Part shown: positions 55,215 to 64,000 of the stretch, piece after piece | Numbering within the stretch: position 1 is the first letter of the stretch | How the letters are laid out: each line of letters starts with the position of its first letter | Origin: Candidatus Omnitrophota bacterium | GTDB lineage: Bacteria > Omnitrophota > Gorgyraeia > Zapsychrales > Fredricksoniimonadaceae | Length of the DNA: 64,000 nt | Assembly (NCBI GenBank): GCA_015233335.1 | Contig: JADFXX010000012.1 | Span: forward strand, 50-64,049 | Reading direction: 5' to 3' | Translations under genes and position numbers: made by a program | The notes under the pieces: generated by a model | Database searches by the model: none | What the model saw: only the letters and a program-made list of their open reading frames with translations | Told to the model about the DNA's origin: nothing

Positions 55215-58200
55215 TCAAAAATCGGCGCCATAAAGAATGGCGTTGACAGCTGCGGCGCTTGAGGTGAATTTCCAAAGCGTGCCGCCTCCAACGTTGTTGC
55301 CAGTGCCATTGGTACAGCCGGTAGCGCAAGTAATGTCATGGCCAGAAGCATTGGCCCGGTTGACATTCACATAGCTTAAAGAAGGAGCGCTTGTGGTCAT
55401 GTTAAAGGTAAAGTTGGGTGCTGTCCCGTCTGTTGTGTTGATGGTGACCTGATGGCCTGAGGTCCCTCCCAGACTTAGTGTCCCGGAAATTGCATACGAT
55501 GTGTTTTTAGCAAATTTAAGTGAACTGTCTGCAGTGGTATCCGTAAAATTAGTGGTTGAGAATGCGTCATCAAAAGTGATGATCTTGCCGGAGCCGGTGT
55601 TGGCCGCAACCAAGGTGTAAAACGTTTGGCTGCCCGACTGCACGGTCTGGTCTGCTGACGAACTGTTAAGCGTAACAGACCCGCTTGTGAAAGTATGCAA
55701 ACCGCCGTAATTGTACCAATTGCCGCTTACTGTAATATCCTGGCCGCCGTTAGCAAAGGTCCCTGATGCCACGGTCACGTTGCCCCCTATCGTCAGCGGC
55801 CCGCCGGATAGCGTGTAAGTACCTACACCGGTCTGCGGCTGATTGCCGGCGCCCAAACGCCCGATCTCGGTTGCCGTTAACGCACGATTATAAACACGAA
55901 CATCATCAAGCCAACCGTTATAATAAAAATACGATCCGTTAGTATTGCCCCACGCACCTGTTTGGCACATCCCCAATCGATACCGATAACTTGACCCATA
56001 ACTAGACTCGTTTCCCCCGTTAGACTGGTTGACGTAGGTGCCGTCGATATACAATTTCGTATAACCTGATGCATAAGTGATGGCGACATGATGCCAGGCA
56101 TTATCGTTAACTGTCGCTGTTGATGCTAAGCTGTCTCCGCCGGGATGCCAAAATAAGCTGACATGCATTTTATTATCGGTGCCTACGTAAAGTGCGGGGA
56201 CATATCCGAAATAATTACTGGAATCTTGCCCCAGAATAACCCCATTTGAATTAGTTTTAAACCAAGTAGCAAAAGTCAGCGCATACGTGCTCGATGTCCC
56301 GGACGTCGGGTAGTTGCCAAAGGCTGATGCCGGCAGATCTACGATACTGCTTGAACCGTCAAAGGCGATACTTCTGAGATTGATAAAATTGACCGGCGCT
56401 ATGGGACCCGCGCCGGGATAGGCAGTCAAAGTGCTAAGGGTATTGCCATTTCCGCTGGAATCCAGGGCGAGATAGGGCGCGCCGGAAGCCTCATCAAACT
56501 TCCAGTAGCCTGTCAGACCGTCATTTAAGGTTAAATTATTAATAGTTTTGCCGCCGGGAGTCAGGGTTTTGCTTCCGGTGCTGTTCATGATTAAGGTGCC
56601 GCTATGCGTGAACGTGCATCCGCTTAAGCTAAAATTCCCGCCCACTTGCAGTTTCGAATTAGTAACATCAGCATAAGTACCGCCGGTCATGGTAAAATTC
56701 CCGGTCACCGGCATAACATTGGGAGAAGAGTTAGAGAAATAACCGCCTGACTGGGAATAATTTCCGCCTACAGAGATCCTATAGCTGTCCGTTTGGATCG
56801 TCCCAGCTGACAGCGTGAAATCATTGTTTATGTGCAGATCATCATTAAGATCAGTTGTATAACCGCTGCCGGTAAACGTCACATTATAAAATGGATACCC
56901 TACGGTTGATATGGTTTCATTAGACGAAGTAAAATTAAAGGTCACTAAGCTAGTATCAGGGAGGAACGCTCCACCATTTGCGTCCCAAGATCCATCATCC
57001 TCGATGCTCTCTGATCCGGTAGCGGTCCAGGCGCTTCCACCTTTGATCTTGATTCCGCCGGTGGAGGCCACTGTATTCCCCCCGGGAGCATAATGACCCC
57101 CTCCTTCAACGACAAAAGCCTTACCGCTTTTTATTGTCAATGTTGAACCTGACGTGTTATACATGTCGGTTGTGATCTCTGGGATACCTGATCCCTTGGC
57201 TGTGGCGAGATCGCTGTTAGTGATATTCGTTCCGGAGTCATCCTGAACATTGAGCGTATTTTGATACAAAAACCTGCCGGCAACACTTCCGGAATTGGTT
57301 ACTTTAACGACCAGAACGCCGCGTTCCGATTGGCCGCTGCTATTATCAAGATAGACCGTGATTATATCCCCATAGGATGCGGCCACGGTTGGAAAGCTGA
57401 AATTGCCAGAGCCGTCAGTAGTCTGCTCTCCGACACCCGCGTCAGCCCCATTGACAAGGATTTTAATTGTTTTACCGTTAAGAGTACCCGACCCGTCTGC
57501 AGTTTTTACAGTACCTGAACAATTAGTACCGCTCCAGGAACATCCCGCATGCGCACCGCAGGAACCGGAATCCGCGTAAGACGGGCACGCCGCATCCCCC
57601 GACCAGGTGCATGCCCCATTGTTCCCGCAAGATGTCGCGTCATTATTGTAATCACTACAGTTTGTTCCGCCTCCCCAGGAACAGGGCGGCGCGTTGTTAT
57701 TGCAATCCGTCGAATTTCCGAGACTACTACAGTCAATCGGTGTCCATACGCATCCTGTGACAGTGCAATCCCAGGCATCATTATTAAAATCGCTGCAATC
57801 TCCGCCTGAAGAATAGCTGCATCCTATATCCCCGCAAGTTGTCGTATCAGAGGAATAGGAAGAACAGTCCCCCGGTGTTCCACCGCAAAATGACATAAAA
57901 TTACATGATCCATCACAGTACTGAGGATAGTAGCTACACTGGCCCGTCCAACCTGCGCAAACGGTATCTTCGTATATGCCAAAATCGCAGAAGCTGCACC
58001 ATGGTGAGGGGTTACTGCCGCAACCGTCAGTGACACCATTCCCATCATAGCAATTAGAACCGTCTATCCAGGTGCAGCCGGCCCAAGAACAACCATATGA
58101 GCTACCATTAAAAGAACTGCAGGAATTTGGATTAGGAGTGCCATAACAAGCTGATGAGTACGACCCTCCGCTACAGAGACCGCTCCCCGAACAGGCTTCT

Positions 58201-58358
58201 CCAAACGAGCCGCTGCAAGTACCGCTGGTCACTGTACCGGAACATCCTACTGCATAGGCCAAAGAAGGTGAAAAAGCTAGAATAAAAAACAAGGGCAAAA
58301 ACAGCCGAATCAGGACGATATTCTTGGAAACATTTCTTTTAGACATAGACGTAACCAA
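55215..58358 (-). CDS. Secreted protein: Cys-rich repeat region + beta-rich middle + LamG (concanavalin-like lectin) domain
   Basis: Signal peptide. Residues 39-281 are dense in Cys with recurring C(S/T)W motifs. Residues ~612-835 read GYWKFDE..DSSGNGN...FDG...WHHVAITY..KLYIDG...GWLDDVRVYNRAL. Confidence 0.75.
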   Translation of the reverse strand: MVTSMSKRNVSKNIVLIRLFLPLFFILAFSPSLAYAVGCSGTVTSGTCSGSFGEACSGSGLCSGGSYSSACYGTPNPNSCSSFNGSSYGCSWAGCTWIDGSNCYDGNGVTDGCGSNPSPWCSFCDFGIYEDTVCAGWTGQCSYYPQYCDGSCNFMSFCGGTPGDCSSYSSDTTTCGDIGCSYSSGGDCSDFNNDAWDCTVTGCVWTPIDCSSLGNSTDCNNNAPPCSWGGGTNCSDYNNDATSCGNNGACTWSGDAACPSYADSGSCGAHAGCSWSGTNCSGTVKTADGSGTLNGKTIKILVNGADAGVGEQTTDGSGNFSFPTVAASYGDIITVYLDNSSGQSERGVLVVKVTNSGSVAGRFLYQNTLNVQDDSGTNITNSDLATAKGSGIPEITTDMYNTSGSTLTIKSGKAFVVEGGGHYAPGGNTVASTGGIKIKGGSAWTATGSESIEDDGSWDANGGAFLPDTSLVTFNFTSSNETISTVGYPFYNVTFTGSGYTTDLNDDLHINNDFTLSAGTIQTDSYRISVGGNYSQSGGYFSNSSPNVMPVTGNFTMTGGTYADVTNSKLQVGGNFSLSGCTFTHSGTLIMNSTGSKTLTPGGKTINNLTLNDGLTGYWKFDEASGAPYLALDSSGNGNTLSTLTAYPGAGPIAPVNFINLRSIAFDGSSSIVDLPASAFGNYPTSGTSSTYALTFATWFKTNSNGVILGQDSSNYFGYVPALYVGTDNKMHVSLFWHPGGDSLASTATVNDNAWHHVAITYASGYTKLYIDGTYVNQSNGGNESSYGSSYRYRLGMCQTGAWGNTNGSYFYYNGWLDDVRVYNRALTATEIGRLGAGNQPQTGVGTYTLSGGPLTIGGNVTVASGTFANGGQDITVSGNWYNYGGLHTFTSGSVTLNSSSADQTVQSGSQTFYTLVAANTGSGKIITFDDAFSTTNFTDTTADSSLKFAKNTSYAISGTLSLGGTSGHQVTINTTDGTAPNFTFNMTTSAPSLSYVNVNRANASGHDITCATGCTNGTGNNVGGGTLWKFTSSAAAVNAILYGADF

Positions 58359-61300
58359 CTACGAGAAATTAAGCGACGAGGCACAATAGTAGTTTGTGCC
58401 GTCCCAATAACAAGACACTATATCTACTGCAGCGTTTGTTGCTGTTAACGTGGGTGCAGCACCCCCGGCCCATTTGACCGAACCAGACGCCGCCGCCCAA
58501 GTGGCCAGACTTGTTCCAGCGCTACCTTGGATCAATTTCAATAGAAAATTTCCCACTCCGCCGGTGGGTGCTGTAAAAGTAATCGCGCAGGTATTCCCGT
58601 TAGTTAATGTTACTTTTTGCTTGTTGCCGTTATTCCAATTAAGAGCCAAAGATGTTGTGCACGTGTTGGCGTATTCGCTTGATAAAGTAATTGTGTTCTT
58701 AACCTGCAAGGCCACCCCGGGTGTCGTGGTGCCGATGCCAACATTGCCGTTGAGATACACCGAACCTTGTACCTCCAGAACATGACTGGGCGTGGATGAG
58801 CTAATCCCTACATTAGCCGCAATTAATGTCCCTGTCACATTCCCCGCCGTCCCGTTACCTATACCTAGTGCGCCTGCTGAAATACGGGATATTCCCGTAT
58901 CATATCCGCCTCCAGAACCATTAGCAAATTCCCAGCCCCCTCCTGCGGCACCATTTATACTCTCAAGGATTCCTGACCCGCCACCTGTAAGATTCTGGAA
59001 ATAACTATTGGAATTAATTACGCCAGCCCCAATGGCACCGGCGGCTGTAATTGAGTATCCTGACCCGCCACTGGTAGCTATATTTAACGGTACGGTCGGA
59101 TTTGCTGCGCCAATGCCGACGAAGCCATTCACATATAGGGAACCTTGTACATCCAGCTTGGCCGCAGGTGACGCTGAACCGATGCCGACGTTGCCGCTTA
59201 CTATTAATCCATTAGTAGGCGCAGCATTGCTGCCTCCATAACTGCCAATAGCCGCTGATCCATTCACATCTAGTTTATTAACAGATGAGTTCGCGCCGAT
59301 GCTGATATTCCCCCCGACCAAAAGACCATCTGTAGGTCCTGCGTGATTTCCCGCTACAGATGTGCTGCCTATGGTTGCATTCCCGGAAACATTAAATAAT
59401 GATGGGGTACCCCCATCAGTACCCACTGATATTTTGCCGCCCCCTTGCATAAGAAACAATTTCCCGGAAGACTTATATTGCATATACATATCCTTGTTCC
59501 ATGCTGTAGGAGCTCCTGTGGCGTCAACCGTCACTGCTTCTATTTCATATGGGTCAATTAAATAACCCTGCCCAGCGGATCCCTCACTTACGACTAGTCC
59601 CTTAGTCAGGTCAGCGTCTGCGGTGTTCAGAATTAATTGTACTTTGTGACTAGGGGTCCCAATACGGACACTCCCGTTGACATCAAGCATTTGTGCAGGA
59701 GACACCGACCCGATTCCGACGTTGGTCCCATTATCATAAAGAATAGAAGAACCGCTGACCCCTGTCCCGGTTGAGGCATAACGGGCCACCTGATTGATCG
59801 TCCCGTTGTTAACGGTGCCGCTGCCCCCGCCGCTGCTGGCAGCCGGAGACCACGTGCCGTTGCCGTTATTGTCCGAGGTCAACACATACCCACTCGAAGG
59901 AGACTTGGTCATCACAAAGCCGGTCATTCGCACCGTGCCGTTGACGTCCAATATCTGCGCCGGCAAAGTCGAGCCGATACCGACATTGCCAATTGAATTA
60001 ATATAAAGCCGGTCGGCCCCGGCAGTAACCAATGAAAGCGAGCTTGCGGCAGGGTGATAAAAACCGGTCGACTGATCATTAGTAAAAGTAAAAGTCGGGC
60101 CTCCTGCAGAGCCATTGCTCGTCGCAAAAGCAGTGCTGAACATCCAGTTATATAAAAACAAATTCCCGGCATCTGTCAGATAAAGCATATTGGTCGACCC
60201 ATCACTCTTAATATAGTCAAAAACATGCGAGGTCTGTGTGCCGTTCGACTGGACCCTCATCTGGACGATATCCGATGAACCCTTTATGTCCAATAAAGCC
60301 CCCGGGCTGGCGGACGCGATCCCCACGTTGCCTCCGCCTACATTTAACGTAGTATTCCCTGACCCTAACGAAGTTATCCCGCCATTGACCGTTAATTTGG
60401 CGTTTAGGGCCGTCGAAGTCCCGATACCAACATTAGTCCCATTATCAGTGATCACCCCAGACCCTAATGCTGTAGATCCTGTATAAATAGCCTCTTGACC
60501 GGCTGTGCCGCTGGCGATAGTCCCACTGCCGCCACCCGGTGACCAACTGCCGTTACCGCTGGCGTCAGACGTCAGCACATACCCACTTGAAGGCGACTTG
60601 GTCATCACAAACCCGGTCATGCGTACAGTGCCTTTAACATCCAGCGTCGCTCCCGGCGAAGCCGAATCGATGCCCACATTTCCGCCCCCTAACATATTCA
60701 ACCCGTTAGTATCTAAATTATCACCATAATGCCCTATGGCTATCCTCGAAGCACTTGCGGTGCCCTCACCGTCATAATACCGGAAAGTTGCGGTCTTATA
60801 ATTACTAGCGCTTTTCCCTAAGTCAAATTGAACGTTCTGCCCTGAAGTCATCCCACTGGCGAATATATGGACTACATCCTGGTTCCCGGTAATATTGTCA
60901 ATGTCAAGTTTGACTGCGGGAGACGCATTGCCGATGCCGACGTTGCCGGCGTTACTGCCATTCCATTTTAAATAAAGCGTTGAATTTGGACTGGTACCTC
61001 CTCCAAAACCCATACCAACGACAGAACTGCCGAAATTTTTAAAAATAGCGGCACCTGCGGGAGCATCAGTTAGAAATTGCCCGGAAGCACCGGCAATGCC
61101 CAGTTCAAACGCAGAACCGGCTGCAGATTGATCAACCCGTAACCAAACCGGCGCACTTGCGGTCGTCTCCACGATCCCTAAACTCGGATTTGCCCCAGCT
61201 GTTCCGTTAATCTCAAGAGGGAATACAGGCGAAGACAAGCCAATACCTACAGTGCTCCCCGTCTCGTAGATCGTACCAGAGCCTGTACTCCAGGCGCCAG

Positions 61301-63347
61301 CTCCTCCGCTGATCGGGCTTCCGTTGCTATAATAATTTCCGGTAATATCCACATCGCCGTTAACCTGCAAAGCAGAGGTAGTATCGTCGCCGCCTATGGC
61401 CCCGGAGCGAGAACCGATACGTACACCTACTCCATCGTTAGCTTGCACATACGTCTTGAAATTTACCCCATCTGTAGTGAACGCGTCCCCGGGTGTAGCT
61501 CCTGTAAATGTACTTAAACTTATACTGCCGTCATCCCCCATCCCCAAATATGAGCCTGCCGAACTTGTTGAGACCCAGCCTGAGCCATAAGATTGATAAT
61601 AAGCGCCCATGGCAAGCCCGCCGCCATAAGGGACATTATCAAAAAAGGCGAAGTCAGTGCCTCTGATTTGACTCTGCCCATAGTTATTAGGATTGACATA
61701 CAATTGCGCAAAATCGATAGAAGATGAACTCCCCACCTTAGCGACCCCATTCACCTGCAAAGCCGAAGTGGTATCGTCAGATGAATTATTAACCAAAACT
61801 CTCCCGGTTATTTCTGTTAATCCACTGGTATCAAGACGTAATTGATAATTCTCCGCCGCACCTAACCATAACGACTGTCCGCCATTTTGGTCAATACCAG
61901 TAGGATTGTCTGTTCTTGAACCATAAATGTTCCCCGAGGAGTCAAAAAGTAATTTGCTGGCCACATCCAAGGCATACTGCGGTTGGGCCGACCCAATGCC
62001 GACATTGCCGGTAAAATTGGAAACCGCGGAATTAAATATCGTTTTTGCCATTTGGGCAGCGCCAAATCCTTGAAAAGCCATTCCTGATGATGTCGGCATA
62101 TTGAAAGAAAGATTGGTAGTTCCGGGATCATAATCGATCAGCAATTGGTTGCTACCATACGATGACCAGCCAAGCCCTCGCCCGGAAAAATAAACATAAT
62201 TGGCATCATCCGACAGCGTTTGGTGAGCTAATTCAATATTCCCGTTAACCTGTAATTTTTGTCCAGGAACCAGCGTCCCAATCCCCACGTTGCCGTTAGA
62301 TAAAATATTGAACTTGCGATTAACATCAAAAAGAGATGCCGGGACGGATGTCCCAATGCCAACATTGGTCCCTGTGCTTGTCACATTGGTGTTCACCTCC
62401 GTCCAGCCGTTGCCACTCCCGCCTCCGGGGGCCCATGTGCCGTTGCCGTTGTTGTCAGAAGTCAGCACATAGCCGCTGGAAGGCGATTTGGTCATCACAA
62501 AGCCCACCATACGTACAGTACCGTTGACGTCTAGCAATTGGCTTGGGGATATTGAGCCAATGCCTACGTTGCTACCAAATGTCCCTGTGCCTGTGGTAGT
62601 AAAATTCCCGCCGTTAAGGTTAAGCGGAGTTGCGCCTCCGGTTGTATAAAACCCCAGGTTGATAAGCGCCTGTCTCAAGTCTGTAGTTGCCCCTTGTTGG
62701 GCAACGGGAGTCGCCCCAAAAAAACCCATCATCTTTTCATTGCCAACACCGCTGTAATTTCCTATTTGGATCATTGTTGCACTGGTCGCATCACCTGCTT
62801 TTAATACAATCTGCCCACCGGTATGCAGCCCTGAAACGGCAGTGGCCTGTCCTGCGGTAAGAGTGATCGAACCGCCGACCGTGGGGTTACTCGCAGGAGA
62901 GCCTGTTTCATTACCGGCTGTGATCGCTATGGATCCTCCAAAAACAACGTTCCCCCCGTTCGCATTCATACTGTTATTGCCCGCGATAATGTTAACGCCT
63001 CCAACCGTTGCATTATTCCCAACAAAAAAACTGCCGGGGGTTAAGTTAATATTTCCGGATCCAGCGCTTGCATTGGCAGGAGTCGTCAATACCAGATTTG
63101 CCGTAGTCGATCTGCTGGCAAGACCTGTCGTTGTAATTGTTCCATTGACATCCAGAATATTCTGCGGCACGATCGACCCGATGCCCACGTTGCCTGCGGT
63201 TGTGATACGAACGCTTTCTGAACCTCCAGAATAAAGAGATAAGAAGTAACTTGACCACATGGCGCCTAAATTGACCTGCCCCGTTCCCCCGTTGGCCGTG
63301 AATTTAAAAATATCCACATACCCGCCGGAATTTCCTCTAAATTTCAA
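58359..63347 (-). CDS. Giant Gly/Ser/Thr/Asn-rich repeat protein (tail-fibre-like surface protein), 5'-truncated
   Basis: Recurrent GNVGIG(S/T)..P...L(D/Q)V.G motifs. The frame stays open upstream to 63515 with no start codon and no signal peptide. The listed start is a TTG. Confidence 0.7.
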   Translation of the reverse strand: MKFRGNSGGYVDIFKFTANGGTGQVNLGAMWSSYFLSLYSGGSESVRITTAGNVGIGSIVPQNILDVNGTITTTGLASRSTTANLVLTTPANASAGSGNINLTPGSFFVGNNATVGGVNIIAGNNSMNANGGNVVFGGSIAITAGNETGSPASNPTVGGSITLTAGQATAVSGLHTGGQIVLKAGDATSATMIQIGNYSGVGNEKMMGFFGATPVAQQGATTDLRQALINLGFYTTGGATPLNLNGGNFTTTGTGTFGSNVGIGSISPSQLLDVNGTVRMVGFVMTKSPSSGYVLTSDNNGNGTWAPGGGSGNGWTEVNTNVTSTGTNVGIGTSVPASLFDVNRKFNILSNGNVGIGTLVPGQKLQVNGNIELAHQTLSDDANYVYFSGRGLGWSSYGSNQLLIDYDPGTTNLSFNMPTSSGMAFQGFGAAQMAKTIFNSAVSNFTGNVGIGSAQPQYALDVASKLLFDSSGNIYGSRTDNPTGIDQNGGQSLWLGAAENYQLRLDTSGLTEITGRVLVNNSSDDTTSALQVNGVAKVGSSSSIDFAQLYVNPNNYGQSQIRGTDFAFFDNVPYGGGLAMGAYYQSYGSGWVSTSSAGSYLGMGDDGSISLSTFTGATPGDAFTTDGVNFKTYVQANDGVGVRIGSRSGAIGGDDTTSALQVNGDVDITGNYYSNGSPISGGAGAWSTGSGTIYETGSTVGIGLSSPVFPLEINGTAGANPSLGIVETTASAPVWLRVDQSAAGSAFELGIAGASGQFLTDAPAGAAIFKNFGSSVVGMGFGGGTSPNSTLYLKWNGSNAGNVGIGNASPAVKLDIDNITGNQDVVHIFASGMTSGQNVQFDLGKSASNYKTATFRYYDGEGTASASRIAIGHYGDNLDTNGLNMLGGGNVGIDSASPGATLDVKGTVRMTGFVMTKSPSSGYVLTSDASGNGSWSPGGGSGTIASGTAGQEAIYTGSTALGSGVITDNGTNVGIGTSTALNAKLTVNGGITSLGSGNTTLNVGGGNVGIASASPGALLDIKGSSDIVQMRVQSNGTQTSHVFDYIKSDGSTNMLYLTDAGNLFLYNWMFSTAFATSNGSAGGPTFTFTNDQSTGFYHPAASSLSLVTAGADRLYINSIGNVGIGSTLPAQILDVNGTVRMTGFVMTKSPSSGYVLTSDNNGNGTWSPAASSGGGSGTVNNGTINQVARYASTGTGVSGSSILYDNGTNVGIGSVSPAQMLDVNGSVRIGTPSHKVQLILNTADADLTKGLVVSEGSAGQGYLIDPYEIEAVTVDATGAPTAWNKDMYMQYKSSGKLFLMQGGGKISVGTDGGTPSLFNVSGNATIGSTSVAGNHAGPTDGLLVGGNISIGANSSVNKLDVNGSAAIGSYGGSNAAPTNGLIVSGNVGIGSASPAAKLDVQGSLYVNGFVGIGAANPTVPLNIATSGGSGYSITAAGAIGAGVINSNSYFQNLTGGGSGILESINGAAGGGWEFANGSGGGYDTGISRISAGALGIGNGTAGNVTGTLIAANVGISSSTPSHVLEVQGSVYLNGNVGIGTTTPGVALQVKNTITLSSEYANTCTTSLALNWNNGNKQKVTLTNGNTCAITFTAPTGGVGNFLLKLIQGSAGTSLATWAAASGSVKWAGGAAPTLTATNAAVDIVSCYWDGTNYYCASSLNFS
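59817..62573 (-). repeat. Three near-identical ~55-aa intragenic modules
   Basis: NVGIGS..P...LDV(N/K)GTVRM.GFVMTKSPSSGYVLTSD..GNG(T/S)W.P at 62412-62573, 60522-60683 and 59817-59990. Confidence 0.85.
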
Positions 63348-63485
63348 CCCCCATTCATTGGCAGTGTCTGAATCAATATAAATAAATTTATCAGGAGCAT
63401 AAATATCTAAAACAGAAGTAGTTGGATTAAAATTGCCAACAGAAGTCCCGCCGATAACTTGCTGACCATTAATTTGAAAACTTGC

Positions 63486-64000
63486 GTAAATGTTTAGCGG
63501 GTTGAGAGAACCGTGTCATTGCGAGGAGCCCGCAGGGCGACGAAGCAATCCCTGTCAGAATTACTAAGAACTCAGCGAGAGAAGCGGCGTTAAGTTGCCT
63601 TGTCTATGATGGATGAAAGATGTCCGTAGGAACTTGGCAGCATCTTGCTTGCGTAGGGTCAACGTTTGAATCAGTGACATCAAAGTTGCATGCGCTTCAG
63701 CGCTGCGTAAGGATCTGTTGCCGAATGACCGATTACGATAGATTACATTCGGCCTTATCATCCGTTCAGCCAAGTTATTATTCCAGGCAATCTTTGGATC
63801 CTGCAGGAACGTAAACATATCCAGCCAGAATTTTGAGAACCTCTTCGATAACCGGTTTAGATTTTTATTCCTGTAGGGATACGTCATGAAGTCAAACAGT
63901 CGCTGCTTGATAGCAGCCACTCGTCTCAAGTAATCGATTTTATTCATATGACCGTTCTGTTCACGCAATCGCAATGCGTCATTGATTAAGCGCTTGATCT
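63486..64000 (-). mobile_element. IS66-family insertion sequence, partial (continues past the window end)
   Basis: Transposase C-terminus plus a possible terminal GTAA at 63486; the boundary is approximate. Confidence 0.6.
63564..64000 (-). CDS. IS66-family transposase, C-terminal part (N-terminus outside the window)
   Basis: WNNNLAERMIRPNVIYRNRSFGNRS..GAEAHATLMSLIQT matches the conserved IS66 TnpC C-terminal block (DNN.aEr.iR...RKN). Confidence 0.75.
   Translation of the reverse strand, partial: IKRLINDALRLREQNGHMNKIDYLRRVAAIKQRLFDFMTYPYRNKNLNRLSKRFSKFWLDMFTFLQDPKIAWNNNLAERMIRPNVIYRNRSFGNRSLRSAEAHATLMSLIQTLTLRKQDAAKFLRTSFIHHRQGNLTPLLSLSS

Noticed and set aside
59817-62573. Regularly recurring ~160-nt repeats as a possible CRISPR-like array
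   Set aside because: The repeats are in-frame coding modules of the giant protein. They are far longer than CRISPR repeats, irregularly spaced (about 0.5 and 1.7 kb apart), and there are no cas genes.
58450-63234. Many Pro/Val/Ala-rich plus-strand ORFs antisense to the giant gene (e.g. 58450..58785, 62842..63234)
   Set aside because: They are the typical antisense shadows of Gly/Thr/Asn-rich repeat codons. The minus-strand frame is continuous for more than 5 kb.
63620-63814. 64-aa plus-strand ORF inside the IS
   Set aside because: It is antisense to the conserved IS66 transposase C-terminal block and has no independent support.

Overview
All calls come from reading the sequence and ORF track by eye; no homology search was run, so family names are motif-based recollection. 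The window is bacterial, probably from an uncultivated anaerobe, but no taxon can be assigned. It has four blocks. (1) 1-30.1 kb is an almost gap-free minus-strand gene array. It carries 12 CX3CX2C radical-SAM (rSAM) domains in 11 proteins, five with B12-binding-type N-termini. It also encodes a NodU/CmcH carbamoyltransferase, a glutaminase-less AsnB-like protein, a PaaK/CapK-like ligase, a GT-GT-rSAM fusion, a double-rSAM fusion, U32-like proteins, an orphan A24 peptidase and a near-identical tandem array of GT-C glycosyltransferase genes. Its 5' end is a small operon: HxsD-like protein, rSAM/SPASM maturase, 88-aa His/Thr/Ser/Asn-rich peptide and a secreted protein. This block is my best candidate for an undescribed biosynthetic system. 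(2) 30.2-35.3 kb holds core genes: a short pyruvate kinase, a TPR protein, a membrane protein and a duplicated Wza-like exporter. (3) 35.56-51.95 kb is a 16.4-kb integrative island in tRNA-Met(CAT), bounded by a 63-nt direct repeat. It carries a Vsr/REase/C5-MTase cassette, integrase, excisionase, Toprim-NTPase replicase, a serine recombinase and three uncharacterised putative defence modules, one built on a reverse transcriptase. (4) 51.9-64 kb holds tRNA, ftsB, eno, a toxin-antitoxin remnant, a LamG protein, and a giant repeat protein whose 5' end is cut by an IS66-family element.
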